Source of the DNA: Candidatus Moraniibacteriota bacterium
Lineage (GTDB): Bacteria; Patescibacteriota; Minisyncoccia; Moranbacterales; UBA1568
DNA length: 64,000 nt
NCBI GenBank assembly: GCA_963778555.1
Contig: CAVZUR010000005.1
Location: forward strand, 97,756 to 161,755
Direction: 5' to 3'
Made by a program: the position numbers and the translations under genes
Shown here: positions 35,591 to 44,702 of the stretch, piece by piece
Position numbering within the stretch: the first letter of the stretch is position 1
Layout: the number at the start of each line of letters is the position of its first letter
The notes under the pieces: model-generated
The model's database searches: none
Told to the model about the DNA's origin: nothing
The model's input: the letters and a program-made list of their open reading frames with translations, nothing else

Positions 35591-36400
35591 ATGAACACAA
35601 AAAGAAACCGGCGACCCCATACTGAAATCTTCCCAAAAATGATTGTTTTTGGTGTTGTTCTGTTGTTCGGAGCATTGTTTCTCACGCCTTCTCCGGCGTC
35701 GGCCCAGAGCTGCGTCGGGACCTGTGTGCCGAACTCTATCGGCTGCCAGGGTACGCTGATTCCGGGTCCCGGTACTTGCCCAGATCCGGCGAATGAAGAA
35801 TGTTGTTGGGGCGGTGCGATCCCTGATCCAGTACCGACTGGGGGTGGTCCAGCAGCTTCAGCTGGTGGCGGACCGGTCTCTATGACGTCTACAGACGTCT
35901 CCAATCCGCTCAGCTTCACCACAGTGGATACGCTTTTGACGAACGTTCTCGGTTTCGTCCAGAGCTTCATGGTCATCCTCTCCCTCATCTTCATCGTCAT
36001 CGGCGCAATCATGTATATCACCTCGGGTGGGGACTCGGGCCGTATCGAGACGGCCAAGAAGGCCATCGCCGCGGCTCTCATCGGCCTGGCCATCGGTATT
36101 GCGGCCCCGGCCTTCCTGAAAGAGATCGCCCAGATCCTCGGCTGGACCGATGTCCCGAGCAATGTGAGCGGTGCCAAGTCCCTCCTCGAAATCGCCGGCG
36201 GCGTTCTGAACTTCCTCCTCTCTGTCGTCGGCATCATCGCCCTCATCATGCTCGTCGTCGGTGCCCTCATGTATCTGACCGCGGCCGGGGATGAAGATCG
36301 GATCGATACCGGCAAGAAGATCGTGAAGTACTCCATTATCGGCATTACGATTGCTTTGGCCGCCATGGTCTTGGTGCGGCAAGTCGCGGGGTTTTTCTAA
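35591..36400 (+). CDS. Pilin-like protein P6: one Cys-rich module plus two tandem TrbC/VirB2-like hairpin domains
   Basis: 269 aa. Signal peptide, SCVGTCVPNSIGCQGTLIPGPGTCPDPANEECCWGG, Gly/Pro linker, then hairpin 1 (ILSLIFIVIGAIMYITSGGDSGRIETAKKAIAAALIGLAIGIAAP) and hairpin 2 (LLSVVGIIALIMLVVGALMYLTAAGDEDRIDTGKKIVKYSIIGITIALAAMVL). Confidence 0.75.
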   Translation: MNTKRNRRPHTEIFPKMIVFGVVLLFGALFLTPSPASAQSCVGTCVPNSIGCQGTLIPGPGTCPDPANEECCWGGAIPDPVPTGGGPAASAGGGPVSMTSTDVSNPLSFTTVDTLLTNVLGFVQSFMVILSLIFIVIGAIMYITSGGDSGRIETAKKAIAAALIGLAIGIAAPAFLKEIAQILGWTDVPSNVSGAKSLLEIAGGVLNFLLSVVGIIALIMLVVGALMYLTAAGDEDRIDTGKKIVKYSIIGITIALAAMVLVRQVAGFF

Positions 36401-36414
36401 ACTGATACGAGGCT

Positions 36415-38241
36415 ATGCCATTTCGAAATCTTTTGGTCATCATCTTCCTCTCCGCTGTCTTCGGACTGTTCATTCCGGGCTTGACCCAGGCGCAGACCTG
36501 CCAGGAAAATGGCGGTGCCTGCCGTCCGGGCTGGGTATCGGGTTGCGCTAACCCAGAGACGCCTGTGTCTGGAACTTGTCCGGCTGCCCCTTCAAATGCT
36601 CCTCCGGGTGGTGTGCTCATCTGTTGCCGCGCGAGCCAGTCAGGAGTGATGAATGCACGGATAGCGGAGGAGTCTGTCGAAGCGCTTACTATTCGACGGA
36701 GTTTCCGAACGCTGAATGGCCCGCTCAACCTGCCTGTGGATATAGCACTGCAGAAGTCACATCATCGGCACGCTGCAGCAACTTTTTTGCGCTCTGTTGC
36801 GTCCCGCCGCCGAATCTCGGCGCCAGCTGCAATGGTGGATCCGGCACTTGTCTGTCGGCTGGGAGCTGTGCGAGTCCGGTCGCGTCGGCTGACTGCGTTG
36901 GGGGGGCTGTGTGCTGTCCACCGCTCTCGCCGAATGTTGGAACTTCGTGCGGTGGTACCGCCACGTGCCAGTTGACCTGTAGCGGCACACCGTCATCCTC
37001 GCCAACATGCGTCGGTGGAACCATGTGTTGTACACCGACTCCGCCCCCTCCTCCCCCCCGCCGCCGCCGGTGGACAATGTTGGAACTGCCTGTGGTGGGA
37101 CGGCCACCTGCCAATTTGCTTCGAGTTGCGCTGGGACGCAAGCTCCCTCCGCCATTTGCACGGGATCGACCGTGTGCTGCACGCCGACTCCCCACCGCCA
37201 GGCGCGAATGTCGGGACCGCCGTGCGTGGGGGATACTGACCGGCGGTGCGGGTGTCTGCGAATTTACGTCGCTCTGCAGCAATACGGAAACCTCGGGGAC
37301 CTGCACAGGGGGGACGGAATGCTGTATCTTTTCTGCTCCGCCTCCGCCGCCGCCTGTCTCGACCTGCGCTTCAGTCGGTGGTACCTGCGCGCGGGCCGTC
37401 GATGGCTGTCCGGATGGCGAGGTGCCTGGCGGCACGTGCAGCGCCAATCAGCTCTGCTGTGCAGCGGCTTCCTGTGCTGCCATCGGCGGTACGTGTACCC
37501 GGATCGATGCGGGTTGTAGTGCTGGTGAGCGGACGGGGATCTGCAGCGCGGGCCAGATGTGCTGCGCGCCGACGAGTACGGCTGTCTGTGAACCGCTCGG
37601 TACCTGTGTGCCTGCCGGGGGCTGCCTCACTGGGGAAGTGCCAGGCGGCATCCTGTGCCGATCCCGGCCGGATGTGTTGCGCTGTGTCCGCACCGGCTGG
37701 TGGTGGGCCGCTCAATGTTCCCGGGAGCGCGCTCAATCTCCCCAATCCACTCCTCTTCAATGACTTCAATGGGCTTTTCATCGCAGCTTTGAGTTCGCTC
37801 CAGAATCTCCTCGTCATCCTCTCCCTCATCTTCATCGTCATCGGCGCAATCATGTATATCACCTCGGGTGGGGACTCGGGCCGTATCGAGACGGCCAAGA
37901 AGGCCATCGCCGCAGCTTTGATCGGCCTGGCCATCGGTATCGCGGCTCCGGCCTTCCTGAAAGAGATCGCTCAGATCCTCGGCTGGAGCGATGTCCCGAG
38001 CAATGTGAGCGGTGCCAAGTCCCTCCTCGAGATCGCCGGCGGCGTTCTGAACTTCCTCCTCTCTGTCGTCGGCATCATCGCCCTCATCATGCTCGTCGTC
38101 GGTGCCCTCATGTATCTGACCGCGGCCGGGGATGAAGATCGGATCGATACCGGCAAGAAGATCGTGAAGTACTCTATTATCGGCATTACGATTGCTTTGG
38201 CCGCCATGGTCTTGGTGCGGCAGGTTGCGGGGTTTTTCTAG
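36415..38241 (+). pseudogene. Pilin-like protein P7: signal peptide, about nine Cys-rich modules with poly-Pro linkers, then two hairpin domains; broken by at least 5-6 frame changes
   Basis: A conceptual protein can be followed through ORFs 36415-36975 (f1), 36576-37763 (f3), 37007-37519 (f2), 37015-37239 (f1), back to f3, then 37246-38241 (f1). Frame switches fall near 36630-36645, the C7 run at 37053-37059, ~37190, ~37222, ~37236 and ~37645. Modules follow C-x3-4-G-x-C...C...C-x2-6-CC. Confidence 0.6.
37813..38241 (+). repeat. 429-nt direct repeat of 35972-36400 (the double-hairpin 3' ends of P6 and P7)
   Basis: Constant offset of 1841 nt. Only scattered substitutions were seen by eye, e.g. 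ggaccgatg vs ggagcgatg and caagtcgcg vs caggttgcg. Confidence 0.85.
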
Positions 38242-38271
38242 CGCAAGTGCATATTTGAGAAATTGAGAAAA

Positions 38272-38569
38272 CCACCACACCAATCATTCTTCACCGTGTA
38301 TGTTTTATGTTTATGTGTTGAAGAGTCAGAAAGATGGTAAAGGATACATCGGTTCCACGAATGATCTCAAAAGAAGACTTTCCGAACATCAAGGAGGACA
38401 AGTGACTTCGACAAAGTCTCGCCGTCCTTTCAAACTAGTCTATTACGAGGCTTATTCAGCCGAGACTGATGCCAGGAAACGGGAGGAAAATCTCAAGTTA
38501 AAGAGTCGCGCCTATGCCCAACTACTGAAAAGGATTTCAGAAAGTCTCAAAGTATGATTGGTGTGGTGG
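38272..38569 (+). mobile_element. 298-bp cassette: GIY-YIG ORF bracketed by perfect 16-bp inverted repeats
   Basis: ccaccacaccaatcat at 38272-38287 and its exact reverse complement atgattggtgtggtgg at 38554-38569. The right repeat contains the ORF stop codon. Confidence 0.55.
38300..38557 (+). CDS. Stand-alone GIY-YIG nuclease-domain protein
   Basis: 85 aa. FYVYVLKSQKDGKGYIGSTNDLKRRLSEHQ...KLVYYEAYSAETDARKREENLK matches the GIY-x10-YIG, Arg and Glu catalytic-core pattern. Confidence 0.8.
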   Translation: MFYVYVLKSQKDGKGYIGSTNDLKRRLSEHQGGQVTSTKSRRPFKLVYYEAYSAETDARKREENLKLKSRAYAQLLKRISESLKV

Positions 38570-38573
38570 AAAA

Positions 38574-38610
38574 GAAAAAACGGGCTTCACATTGCTGTGT
38601 TGCCCGTTTT
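38574..38610. terminator. Bidirectional rho-independent terminator between convergent genes
   Basis: A6 run, stem acgggc/gcccgt (38580-38585 / 38602-38607), then T4. Confidence 0.55.
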
Positions 38611-38640
38611 GATCGCGTTCCGCGCGCTGGCGAAAGTGAC

Positions 38641-40107
38641 CTAAGTGCACTGCTCGATCATGACCTGGAGACTGCCGGGTCCTTGGCGGTGGAGATCCGG
38701 CGCCGCGTAGATGTTTCGGCCCAGGGTGATGGTCAACGGCTGCGACGTCTCGATGCGGCCCTGTTCGCCGATGAAGAGGGGCTTGTATCCCCACTCCTTG
38801 GCGAGGACGAAGAAGCGTCCATAGGGCTGCGTCTCCCGGGCGATTACCTCGCTCGGGAGCGGGGCTCCCGGTACTGGTTGCGGTCTCCAGTATCCGCCGC
38901 CATAGCCGGTAAAGGCTTGCCCTTTGTTGTAGCAGGTATTGATCCTGCCCAGGGCATCCATGTCGCAGGAGTAGTCCAGTGACATGTCGGTTTTTTTCAG
39001 GAAGTGCTGCTGCACTGTCCCACTCACCTGGAATTTGTATTTCCCAGGCGGCAATGGCGCATCGAGTGTCAACCGGCCATTGGTCGACTCACTTGGCACA
39101 TAGTCCACTTCCAGATAGGGGGAGCAGACCGAGGCCATGGCGACGGGTGTCGCCGGAGCCGGTGCAGTTGCCTGCCCCATGCTCGTTGACGCCGTACTCG
39201 GTGCCGTCGTGACCGTGGTCGCGTCAGCACCGATCTTGGCGCATTCTTCGAACTCGGCCGCGGTCGGGATGACCGGGGCGATCTTCTTGGCTGGGTCGCC
39301 CTTAGCTTTTGCCTCGAGCTTCGCGTAGCAAGCATTGCGCTCGCCTTGCTTGGCGGTTTCGGCTGCCATTTCGGCTTGGACTCGGGCGGCTGCGGTGGCC
39401 GCTTCGGCACGCCGCTTGGCATCCGTCGACCGATCATCGATCGACTTCAGGCCCAGCTTGTGCTGAGTCCAGGCGACCAGATCCTTCTGATATTCGCGAA
39501 TACCAGGAGTCCAGCTGCCCAGGGTCCAGACGATCACAGCGATCAGGATAGTCGCCGAAAAGTTCAGGACGAACTTGCCGCTCCGATTGGTGTACATGCA
39601 CCAGACGGTGAGGAACACCGATGCCGCGAGCATGACGATGGCACCGACGGGATTGCTCCCGATGGGCCAGAGCGCCAGGACGAAGAAGGGGAGTGAACCA
39701 TAGAGCGCCACCATTGCGGCGAATCGGCCGAGCGCGTAGATCCACGTTTCTGCCCACTTCTTGCCGTCCGTTACGCTCAGTCCAACTTCGCCCCCCGGTT
39801 GCGCAGCGACGAAAGCCACACCCGCTGGTCCGAAGATGTTCAGCGGCGTCAGAATGAACGCCACGGCGGTGAGCAGGAACGCCATTGCGGCGATCCAGTT
39901 GAGGTGGCGGAGAGAGTCGGGGAACCAGACGTTCACCACGGCGCCCACGATGAGGGCGGCGAAGTACGCGAGGACGAAGAGTCGGGTGACCCTGAACCAG
40001 CCACGGTGGAAAGAGAACCACCGACCAGTCCAGTCCGCATTCACGAGAGGACCGAAGTACTCCAAGGGTGAAACATTGGGAACAGGGGGAACAGGTTGCG
40101 TTGCCAT
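38641..40107 (-). CDS. Polytopic membrane protein of unknown function with a charged Ala/Lys/Glu linker and a C-terminal soluble domain
   Basis: 488 aa. AAGGAG sits 8 nt upstream and overlaps the stop of the upstream gene. About 6 TM helices in the first 230 aa, then AKRRAEAATAAARVQAEMAAETAKQ, then a beta-rich domain. No family recognised. Confidence 0.7.
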   Translation of the reverse strand: MATQPVPPVPNVSPLEYFGPLVNADWTGRWFSFHRGWFRVTRLFVLAYFAALIVGAVVNVWFPDSLRHLNWIAAMAFLLTAVAFILTPLNIFGPAGVAFVAAQPGGEVGLSVTDGKKWAETWIYALGRFAAMVALYGSLPFFVLALWPIGSNPVGAIVMLAASVFLTVWCMYTNRSGKFVLNFSATILIAVIVWTLGSWTPGIREYQKDLVAWTQHKLGLKSIDDRSTDAKRRAEAATAAARVQAEMAAETAKQGERNACYAKLEAKAKGDPAKKIAPVIPTAAEFEECAKIGADATTVTTAPSTASTSMGQATAPAPATPVAMASVCSPYLEVDYVPSESTNGRLTLDAPLPPGKYKFQVSGTVQQHFLKKTDMSLDYSCDMDALGRINTCYNKGQAFTGYGGGYWRPQPVPGAPLPSEVIARETQPYGRFFVLAKEWGYKPLFIGEQGRIETSQPLTITLGRNIYAAPDLHRQGPGSLQVMIEQCT

Positions 40108-40120
40108 TTCTGACTACTCC

Positions 40121-41155
40121 TTAGTTGAACTTGGCGGCGACACCGAGGATGATGACGCCGACCACGATTGTGATGACGAAAATCCTCGTTAACCGCTTGT
40201 CTTTCTCTTCGGCGGTCATCCGGCCGGCTTCGCGCGCCTCATGACGTTTGATGGCCGGGTCTTGATGCTGCTTCACGAGTGCGAGGAGAAAGGCTTGGAA
40301 CGCATTGCGGCGTCCTTGCTTTTCTGTCTCAGGTGCGGCGTCGATCGCTGCCAGGAGCTCTTGAGCCGGACGGCCCGCGAGTATTCTGGCGACGTTTTCC
40401 TTACCGATGGCGACTTCCGCCAGTCCGATATGGATTCCCGTTTCGTGATCGTTGCACCACCCTACCACCTTGGTCCCGAATGCACTGGCCTTGTCCGCGG
40501 CCGCTTTAGCAGCCACCGCAGCCTTGTCCTCGAGGTTGTCGAGGATATGGAGGCTTTGCAGGGTCTCGGCGACGGCCTTGATCCGCTTCGCTTCCGCGCC
40601 CTTGCCGCTCGTGACGAGCCAGGTGAGGGCGCTGATGACTTGTGCGCCCTTCTGATTCAGCTTTTCGTCCCACTCCGAGACGATCGGCGTTTCGCGCGTC
40701 CTCTGGCCAGTCGGATCTTTGGGATCCTTGTGCTGGGTGAAGCCGGTCGTCTTTTTGCGCTTGATCGTCGTCACTTCGACGGCGACTGTTTGCATGAGGC
40801 GTTTGATGGCCCCAGGCGGCAGCGCAGCGACGACTTTGGGAAAGATGTGCGCTTCAGTAGCTGCGACCTTGTACTCGAGAGCACAAGTGCCATCGGCCAT
40901 ATAGAGTGTCGAGAGCCACGCGAGAAGCGCGTAGAGCTCGCCTTCCTGTTCCCGGTTCTCACTGATGACCTGGGGGCCGGGCGGAGAAGACGGAATCTTT
41001 GCCGATTCGGCTTTTACGTTTTTGCTTCCAGCAATCCATCGGTAGAGCTTCATGGCGTACTCGGCCATATCGCCCCCAGAGAGGAGGCCGCTCTCCATAA
41101 TCGCTTTGACATACTTCGTGGGCATGATTGAGTCCCTTTCTGATCTTTCGATCAA
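40121..41155 (-). CDS. Tail-anchored protein of unknown function
   Basis: 344 aa (alternative start MPTKY at 41125). Largely helical, with a C-terminal TM IFVITIVVGVIILGVAA. Apparently co-transcribed with 38641-40107. Confidence 0.65.
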   Translation of the reverse strand: MIERSERDSIMPTKYVKAIMESGLLSGGDMAEYAMKLYRWIAGSKNVKAESAKIPSSPPGPQVISENREQEGELYALLAWLSTLYMADGTCALEYKVAATEAHIFPKVVAALPPGAIKRLMQTVAVEVTTIKRKKTTGFTQHKDPKDPTGQRTRETPIVSEWDEKLNQKGAQVISALTWLVTSGKGAEAKRIKAVAETLQSLHILDNLEDKAAVAAKAAADKASAFGTKVVGWCNDHETGIHIGLAEVAIGKENVARILAGRPAQELLAAIDAAPETEKQGRRNAFQAFLLALVKQHQDPAIKRHEAREAGRMTAEEKDKRLTRIFVITIVVGVIILGVAAKFN

Positions 41156-41479
41156 GTAGTGTTGATTGTAAAAGTACCCGCGGGTGACGTACTGTCTCCC
41201 GGTTGTGCGCGGGTACCGACCCGAATTTCACAACAGTCTATTTTAGCATAAAATCATGAAAAAGTCAATCCTGAAGTGGGATCGATTCATCCCTTGAATA
41301 CGCCCTAAAATAGGTGGCTTTTGGACCCAGTTCGTCCTGACCATTCCCGCATTGACAAGACGGAGCAAGCTCGGTACACTGGTCTTGTACGGTTCTGGGC
41401 AGTGGAAGTTCGCGGAAGCGGGCTTTTTTTGTCGGAAATCGGCATCCATGAGAAATAATTGGTTTAAACCAGAGACAGT

Positions 41480-42769
41480 ATGCCAAAGCGTAAAGTCGAA
41501 GAAGCGAGCGAGCCTGAGAGTCTTTCCGGTCGCCTCGGGGAGTTCGGGAGCGCCGTGATGCAGATCGCCGAGGAGAAGAATCTGCCGCGCGAAAAAGTGT
41601 TCGAAATCGTCGAAGCCGCACTGGCCGCCGCCTACAAGAAGGACTATGGCAAGAAAGGACAAGTTATCAAGGCACGGTTCGACGAAGTGACGAAGTCGGC
41701 GGACTTCTTCCTCGTGAAGGAAGTCGTCGATGAAACGCTGCGGGACTTTACCGTGGTGGAAGAGAATGAGGATGGCGCTCCGGAGAAAGAGTCTACCCGT
41801 TTTGCACCAGTCGCCGCTTTGGCCGAAACCGACGAGGAACGACTCCCGCGGTTCAATTCCGAGCGTGATCTGACGCTCGACGAGGCAAAACTCATCAAGA
41901 AAGACGCGGCAGTCGGGGAGAGCATCGAGATCGCCTTGGAAAGCCATGAGGATTTCGGCCGGGTTGCCGCCCAGACCGCCAAACAAGTGATCATCCAGCG
42001 CATCCGCGAGGCGGAGCGCGAGACGATGTTTACGGAGTACAAAGAGAAAGAAGGCCAGGCCGTAAACGGTATCGTTCAGCGGATCGAGGGCCGCAATGTC
42101 TTCGTTGACTTGGGCAAGTCCACCGGCATCCTCTTTCCGTCGGAACAGATCCCGGGTGAGAACTACCGCATCGGCCAGCACGTGAAGGTGTTCCTCACAC
42201 GCGTCGAGTCCGATCCAAAAGGTCCGGGACTTATCCTCTCACGCACCCATCCGGAGATGGTGCGCCACTTGTTTACGCTCGAAGTGCCGGAAATTTTCAC
42301 CGGTACCGTCCAGATCAAGGCAATTGCCCGTGAGGCTGGTTCTCGGACCAAGATCGCGGTGACGGCGAGCGAGGAAGGCGTCGATCCCATCGGTTCCTGC
42401 GTTGGTCAGAAAGGGACGCGCGTCCAGACTGTTATCGATGAGTTGGGCGGGGAGAAAGTCGATATCATCGAATGGAACGAGGATGTGCAGAAATTTATTA
42501 GCGCTGCTTTATCGCCGGCGAAAGTGTTGGCGGTCGAGCTCAGGCCTGATGATCAGCAAGCGATCGTGACGGTCCCGAATGATCAGCTGTCGCTCGCGAT
42601 CGGGAAGCGCGGCCAGAACGTCCGTCTCGCAGCCAAGCTCACGGGATGGCGTATCGATGTCAAGAGCCCGGAGGAGGAAGCTGTCGTCGAAGCCGTCGAA
42701 CCAGTATCTGAAGCGACGCCTGAATCGACTGAAGTCGTGCCGGTAACGGCGACCGAGGAAAAAGAGTAG
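41480..42769 (+). CDS. nusA: Transcription termination/antitermination factor NusA
   Basis: 429 aa. S1 domain (VNGIVQRIEGRNVFVDLGKSTGILFPSEQIPGENYRIGQHVKV) and two KH domains (DPIGSCVGQKGTRVQTVIDELGGEKVDII; LSLAIGKRGQNVRLAAKLTGWRIDV). Confidence 0.95.
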   Translation: MPKRKVEEASEPESLSGRLGEFGSAVMQIAEEKNLPREKVFEIVEAALAAAYKKDYGKKGQVIKARFDEVTKSADFFLVKEVVDETLRDFTVVEENEDGAPEKESTRFAPVAALAETDEERLPRFNSERDLTLDEAKLIKKDAAVGESIEIALESHEDFGRVAAQTAKQVIIQRIREAERETMFTEYKEKEGQAVNGIVQRIEGRNVFVDLGKSTGILFPSEQIPGENYRIGQHVKVFLTRVESDPKGPGLILSRTHPEMVRHLFTLEVPEIFTGTVQIKAIAREAGSRTKIAVTASEEGVDPIGSCVGQKGTRVQTVIDELGGEKVDIIEWNEDVQKFISAALSPAKVLAVELRPDDQQAIVTVPNDQLSLAIGKRGQNVRLAAKLTGWRIDVKSPEEEAVVEAVEPVSEATPESTEVVPVTATEEKE

Positions 42770-42806
42770 CCGTCTTCTATCGCTCTAATCGCTAAAACCT
42801 ATTCCT

Positions 42807-43349
42807 ATGAACTTGTGGCATGATGTAACGCTCGGTGACCAGGCTCCAGAAGAGATCAATGTCATTATTGAGATCCCCAAGGGTTCGCTGAACAAGTATG
42901 AGATCGATAAAGAGACCGGTCTCATCAAGCTCGACCGCGCGAACTATTCTGCGGCCGCGTACCCGGTGGATTACGGCTTTTCCCCGCAGACGCTCTGGGA
43001 TGACGGTGATGCACTCGATGTCATCGTGCTTTCGACGTTCCCGCTCGCTCCTGGCATCCTCGTGAACGCCCGGCCCGTCGCCCTCATGGAGATGATCGAT
43101 GGTGGAGACTCGGACTTCAAAGTGATCGCCGTGCCGGTGGATGATAAGCGCTGGGATGATGTGAGAGATCTGAAAGACATCAATAAGCACAATTTGAAAG
43201 AATATCAGCATTTTTTCGAGACGTACAAGGTGCTGAAGGGCAAAAAGAACGAAGTCATTGTTCTTGGTTTCAAGGGCCGGAAGGATGCACTGGCAGCCGT
43301 AAAACGTTCCGTAAAGCTCTATGCGAAGGAGTTCGGAAAGAAAGCGTAA
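42807..43349 (+). CDS. ppa: Inorganic pyrophosphatase (family I)
   Basis: 180 aa. VIIEIPKGSLNKYEIDKETG, YPVDYGFSPQTLWDDGDALDVIVL. Confidence 0.9.
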   Translation: MNLWHDVTLGDQAPEEINVIIEIPKGSLNKYEIDKETGLIKLDRANYSAAAYPVDYGFSPQTLWDDGDALDVIVLSTFPLAPGILVNARPVALMEMIDGGDSDFKVIAVPVDDKRWDDVRDLKDINKHNLKEYQHFFETYKVLKGKKNEVIVLGFKGRKDALAAVKRSVKLYAKEFGKKA

Positions 43350-43377
43350 TCAAGATCGAATCGAAAGCCCAACGCAT

Positions 43378-44676
43378 ATGGACGTTCAAGTGAAGAAATT
43401 GCCCGCTTCAAAACGCGAGATTACCGTGACGTTGCCATGGGAGGAATGGCAGAGTCATCGGGAGCACGCCGTTGCGCATATGGCAGAGAATATAAATCTA
43501 GCAGGCTTTCGCCAAGGCAAAGTGCCGGAGGCCGTGCTGGAGCAGCGTTTCGGCCATGAAGCTATCTTGATCGAGACCGCAGAGCATGCGGTCCATCACA
43601 CATATCCGAAGGCGCTCGTGGACGCCAAAGCGGAGGCGATCGGTCGTCCAGAGATCAAATTTGACGCGGTGAAGGAGGGGGAGCCCCTCGTTTATACCGT
43701 CGTGACCGATGTACTTCCGGAGATCGTCCTTCGGGAATGGAAGAAAACCGTGGCGAAGCTGAATGCGGCTGAACAGGCGAAAAGCGTCACGATATCGGAT
43801 GAGGAAATTGATAAGGAAATCGCTGGTGTTGCCAAGATGCGGGCCGCTTTTGTTCCGGTGGAACGGCCCGCGATCAGTGGGGACACCGTCAAAGTAGACT
43901 TTACGGTGATGGTGGATGGCGTCATCATTGAAGGCGGAAAGAGCACGGACCATGCACTGGTGCTCGGCTCAGGCGCCTTCATCCCCGGATTTGAGGAGCA
44001 GATCATCGGTATGGAAAAAGCCGGGGAGAAATCCTTTGAACTGTCCTTTCCGGCCGAATACCATGCCAAGCATCTCGCCGGGAAGCTCGCGACTTTTGCA
44101 GTGAAACTCAAGTCAGTCGAAGAGCAAAACATTCCCATGATCGACGATGCCTTCGCGCAGTCTTTGGGCAAGTTCGAAAGTCTGGTGGCACTCAAAGAAA
44201 ATGTCCGAAAGGGGATGCGGGAGGAGAAAGTGAGGGCAGCCAAAGAAGGGCGGCGGGCAGCGATTCTCGATACCTTGATCGCCGCCGCCGATATGGAATT
44301 TCCGGCGGTGCTCGTCGCGGAAGAAGCCAAGCGCATGCTCTCGCAGTTTCGTTCTCAGGTGGAGTCAATGGGATTCGAATGGGAGAAATACCTCATAGAG
44401 ACCAAAAAAACCGAAGCCGAGTTCGTCACGGAGTGGGAGCCACAGGCGAAGAAGCGCGTCGCCGCTGAGCTGATCTTGCAGAAACTCGCGGCGGACGAAT
44501 CTCTCGAGGCCGATACGGAAGCGGTGGAGGCGGAGATGAACAAAGTGTTCCAATATTATAAGAACGTAAAAGGAGCGGAGAAGAACGTCGATATGGGGAA
44601 GCTCTATACCTCAGTGAGGGGGCAGCTCGTGAACGAGAAGGTGCTCGTTTGGCTTGAAGGACTTTCCGGCGAGTGA
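43378..44676 (+). CDS. tig: Trigger factor
   Basis: About 432 aa from the ATG at 43378. N-terminal ribosome-binding region with GFRQGKVP, a central FKBP-like part (GDTVKVDF...[12 protein letters not shown]) and a helical C-terminal arm. Sits in the classic tig-clpP arrangement. Confidence 0.9.
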   Translation: MDVQVKKLPASKREITVTLPWEEWQSHREHAVAHMAENINLAGFRQGKVPEAVLEQRFGHEAILIETAEHAVHHTYPKALVDAKAEAIGRPEIKFDAVKEGEPLVYTVVTDVLPEIVLREWKKTVAKLNAAEQAKSVTISDEEIDKEIAGVAKMRAAFVPVERPAISGDTVKVDFTVMVDGVIIEGGKSTDHALVLGSGAFIPGFEEQIIGMEKAGEKSFELSFPAEYHAKHLAGKLATFAVKLKSVEEQNIPMIDDAFAQSLGKFESLVALKENVRKGMREEKVRAAKEGRRAAILDTLIAAADMEFPAVLVAEEAKRMLSQFRSQVESMGFEWEKYLIETKKTEAEFVTEWEPQAKKRVAAELILQKLAADESLEADTEAVEAEMNKVFQYYKNVKGAEKNVDMGKLYTSVRGQLVNEKVLVWLEGLSGE

Positions 44677-44702
44677 TAGACGAGCTGGACTTCATAATAA
44701 CC

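Noticed and set aside
35578-38283. Minus-strand ORFs across the P6/P7 pilin genes (35578-36366, 35858-36382, 36725-37447, 37371-37934, 37627-38283).
   Set aside because: These are shadow ORFs of GC-rich coding DNA. Their sequences lack signal peptides or motifs, whereas the plus strand encodes recognisable pilin hairpins and Cys modules.
33008-41155. Calling the pilin array a conjugative type IV secretion system or an integrative conjugative element.
   Set aside because: No VirB4/VirD4 ATPases, relaxase, VirB6/8/9/10 or integrase were recognised anywhere in the 64 kb. Only the pilin-like family itself is supported.
41243-42181. 312-aa minus-strand ORF overlapping nusA. Similar cases are 60114-61484 (+) over recG, 50587-51366 (+) over valS, 31937-32878 (-) over the ligase/TPR gene and 43692-44336 (-) over tig.
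   Set aside because: Each is antisense to a confidently identified conserved gene and has no motifs of its own.
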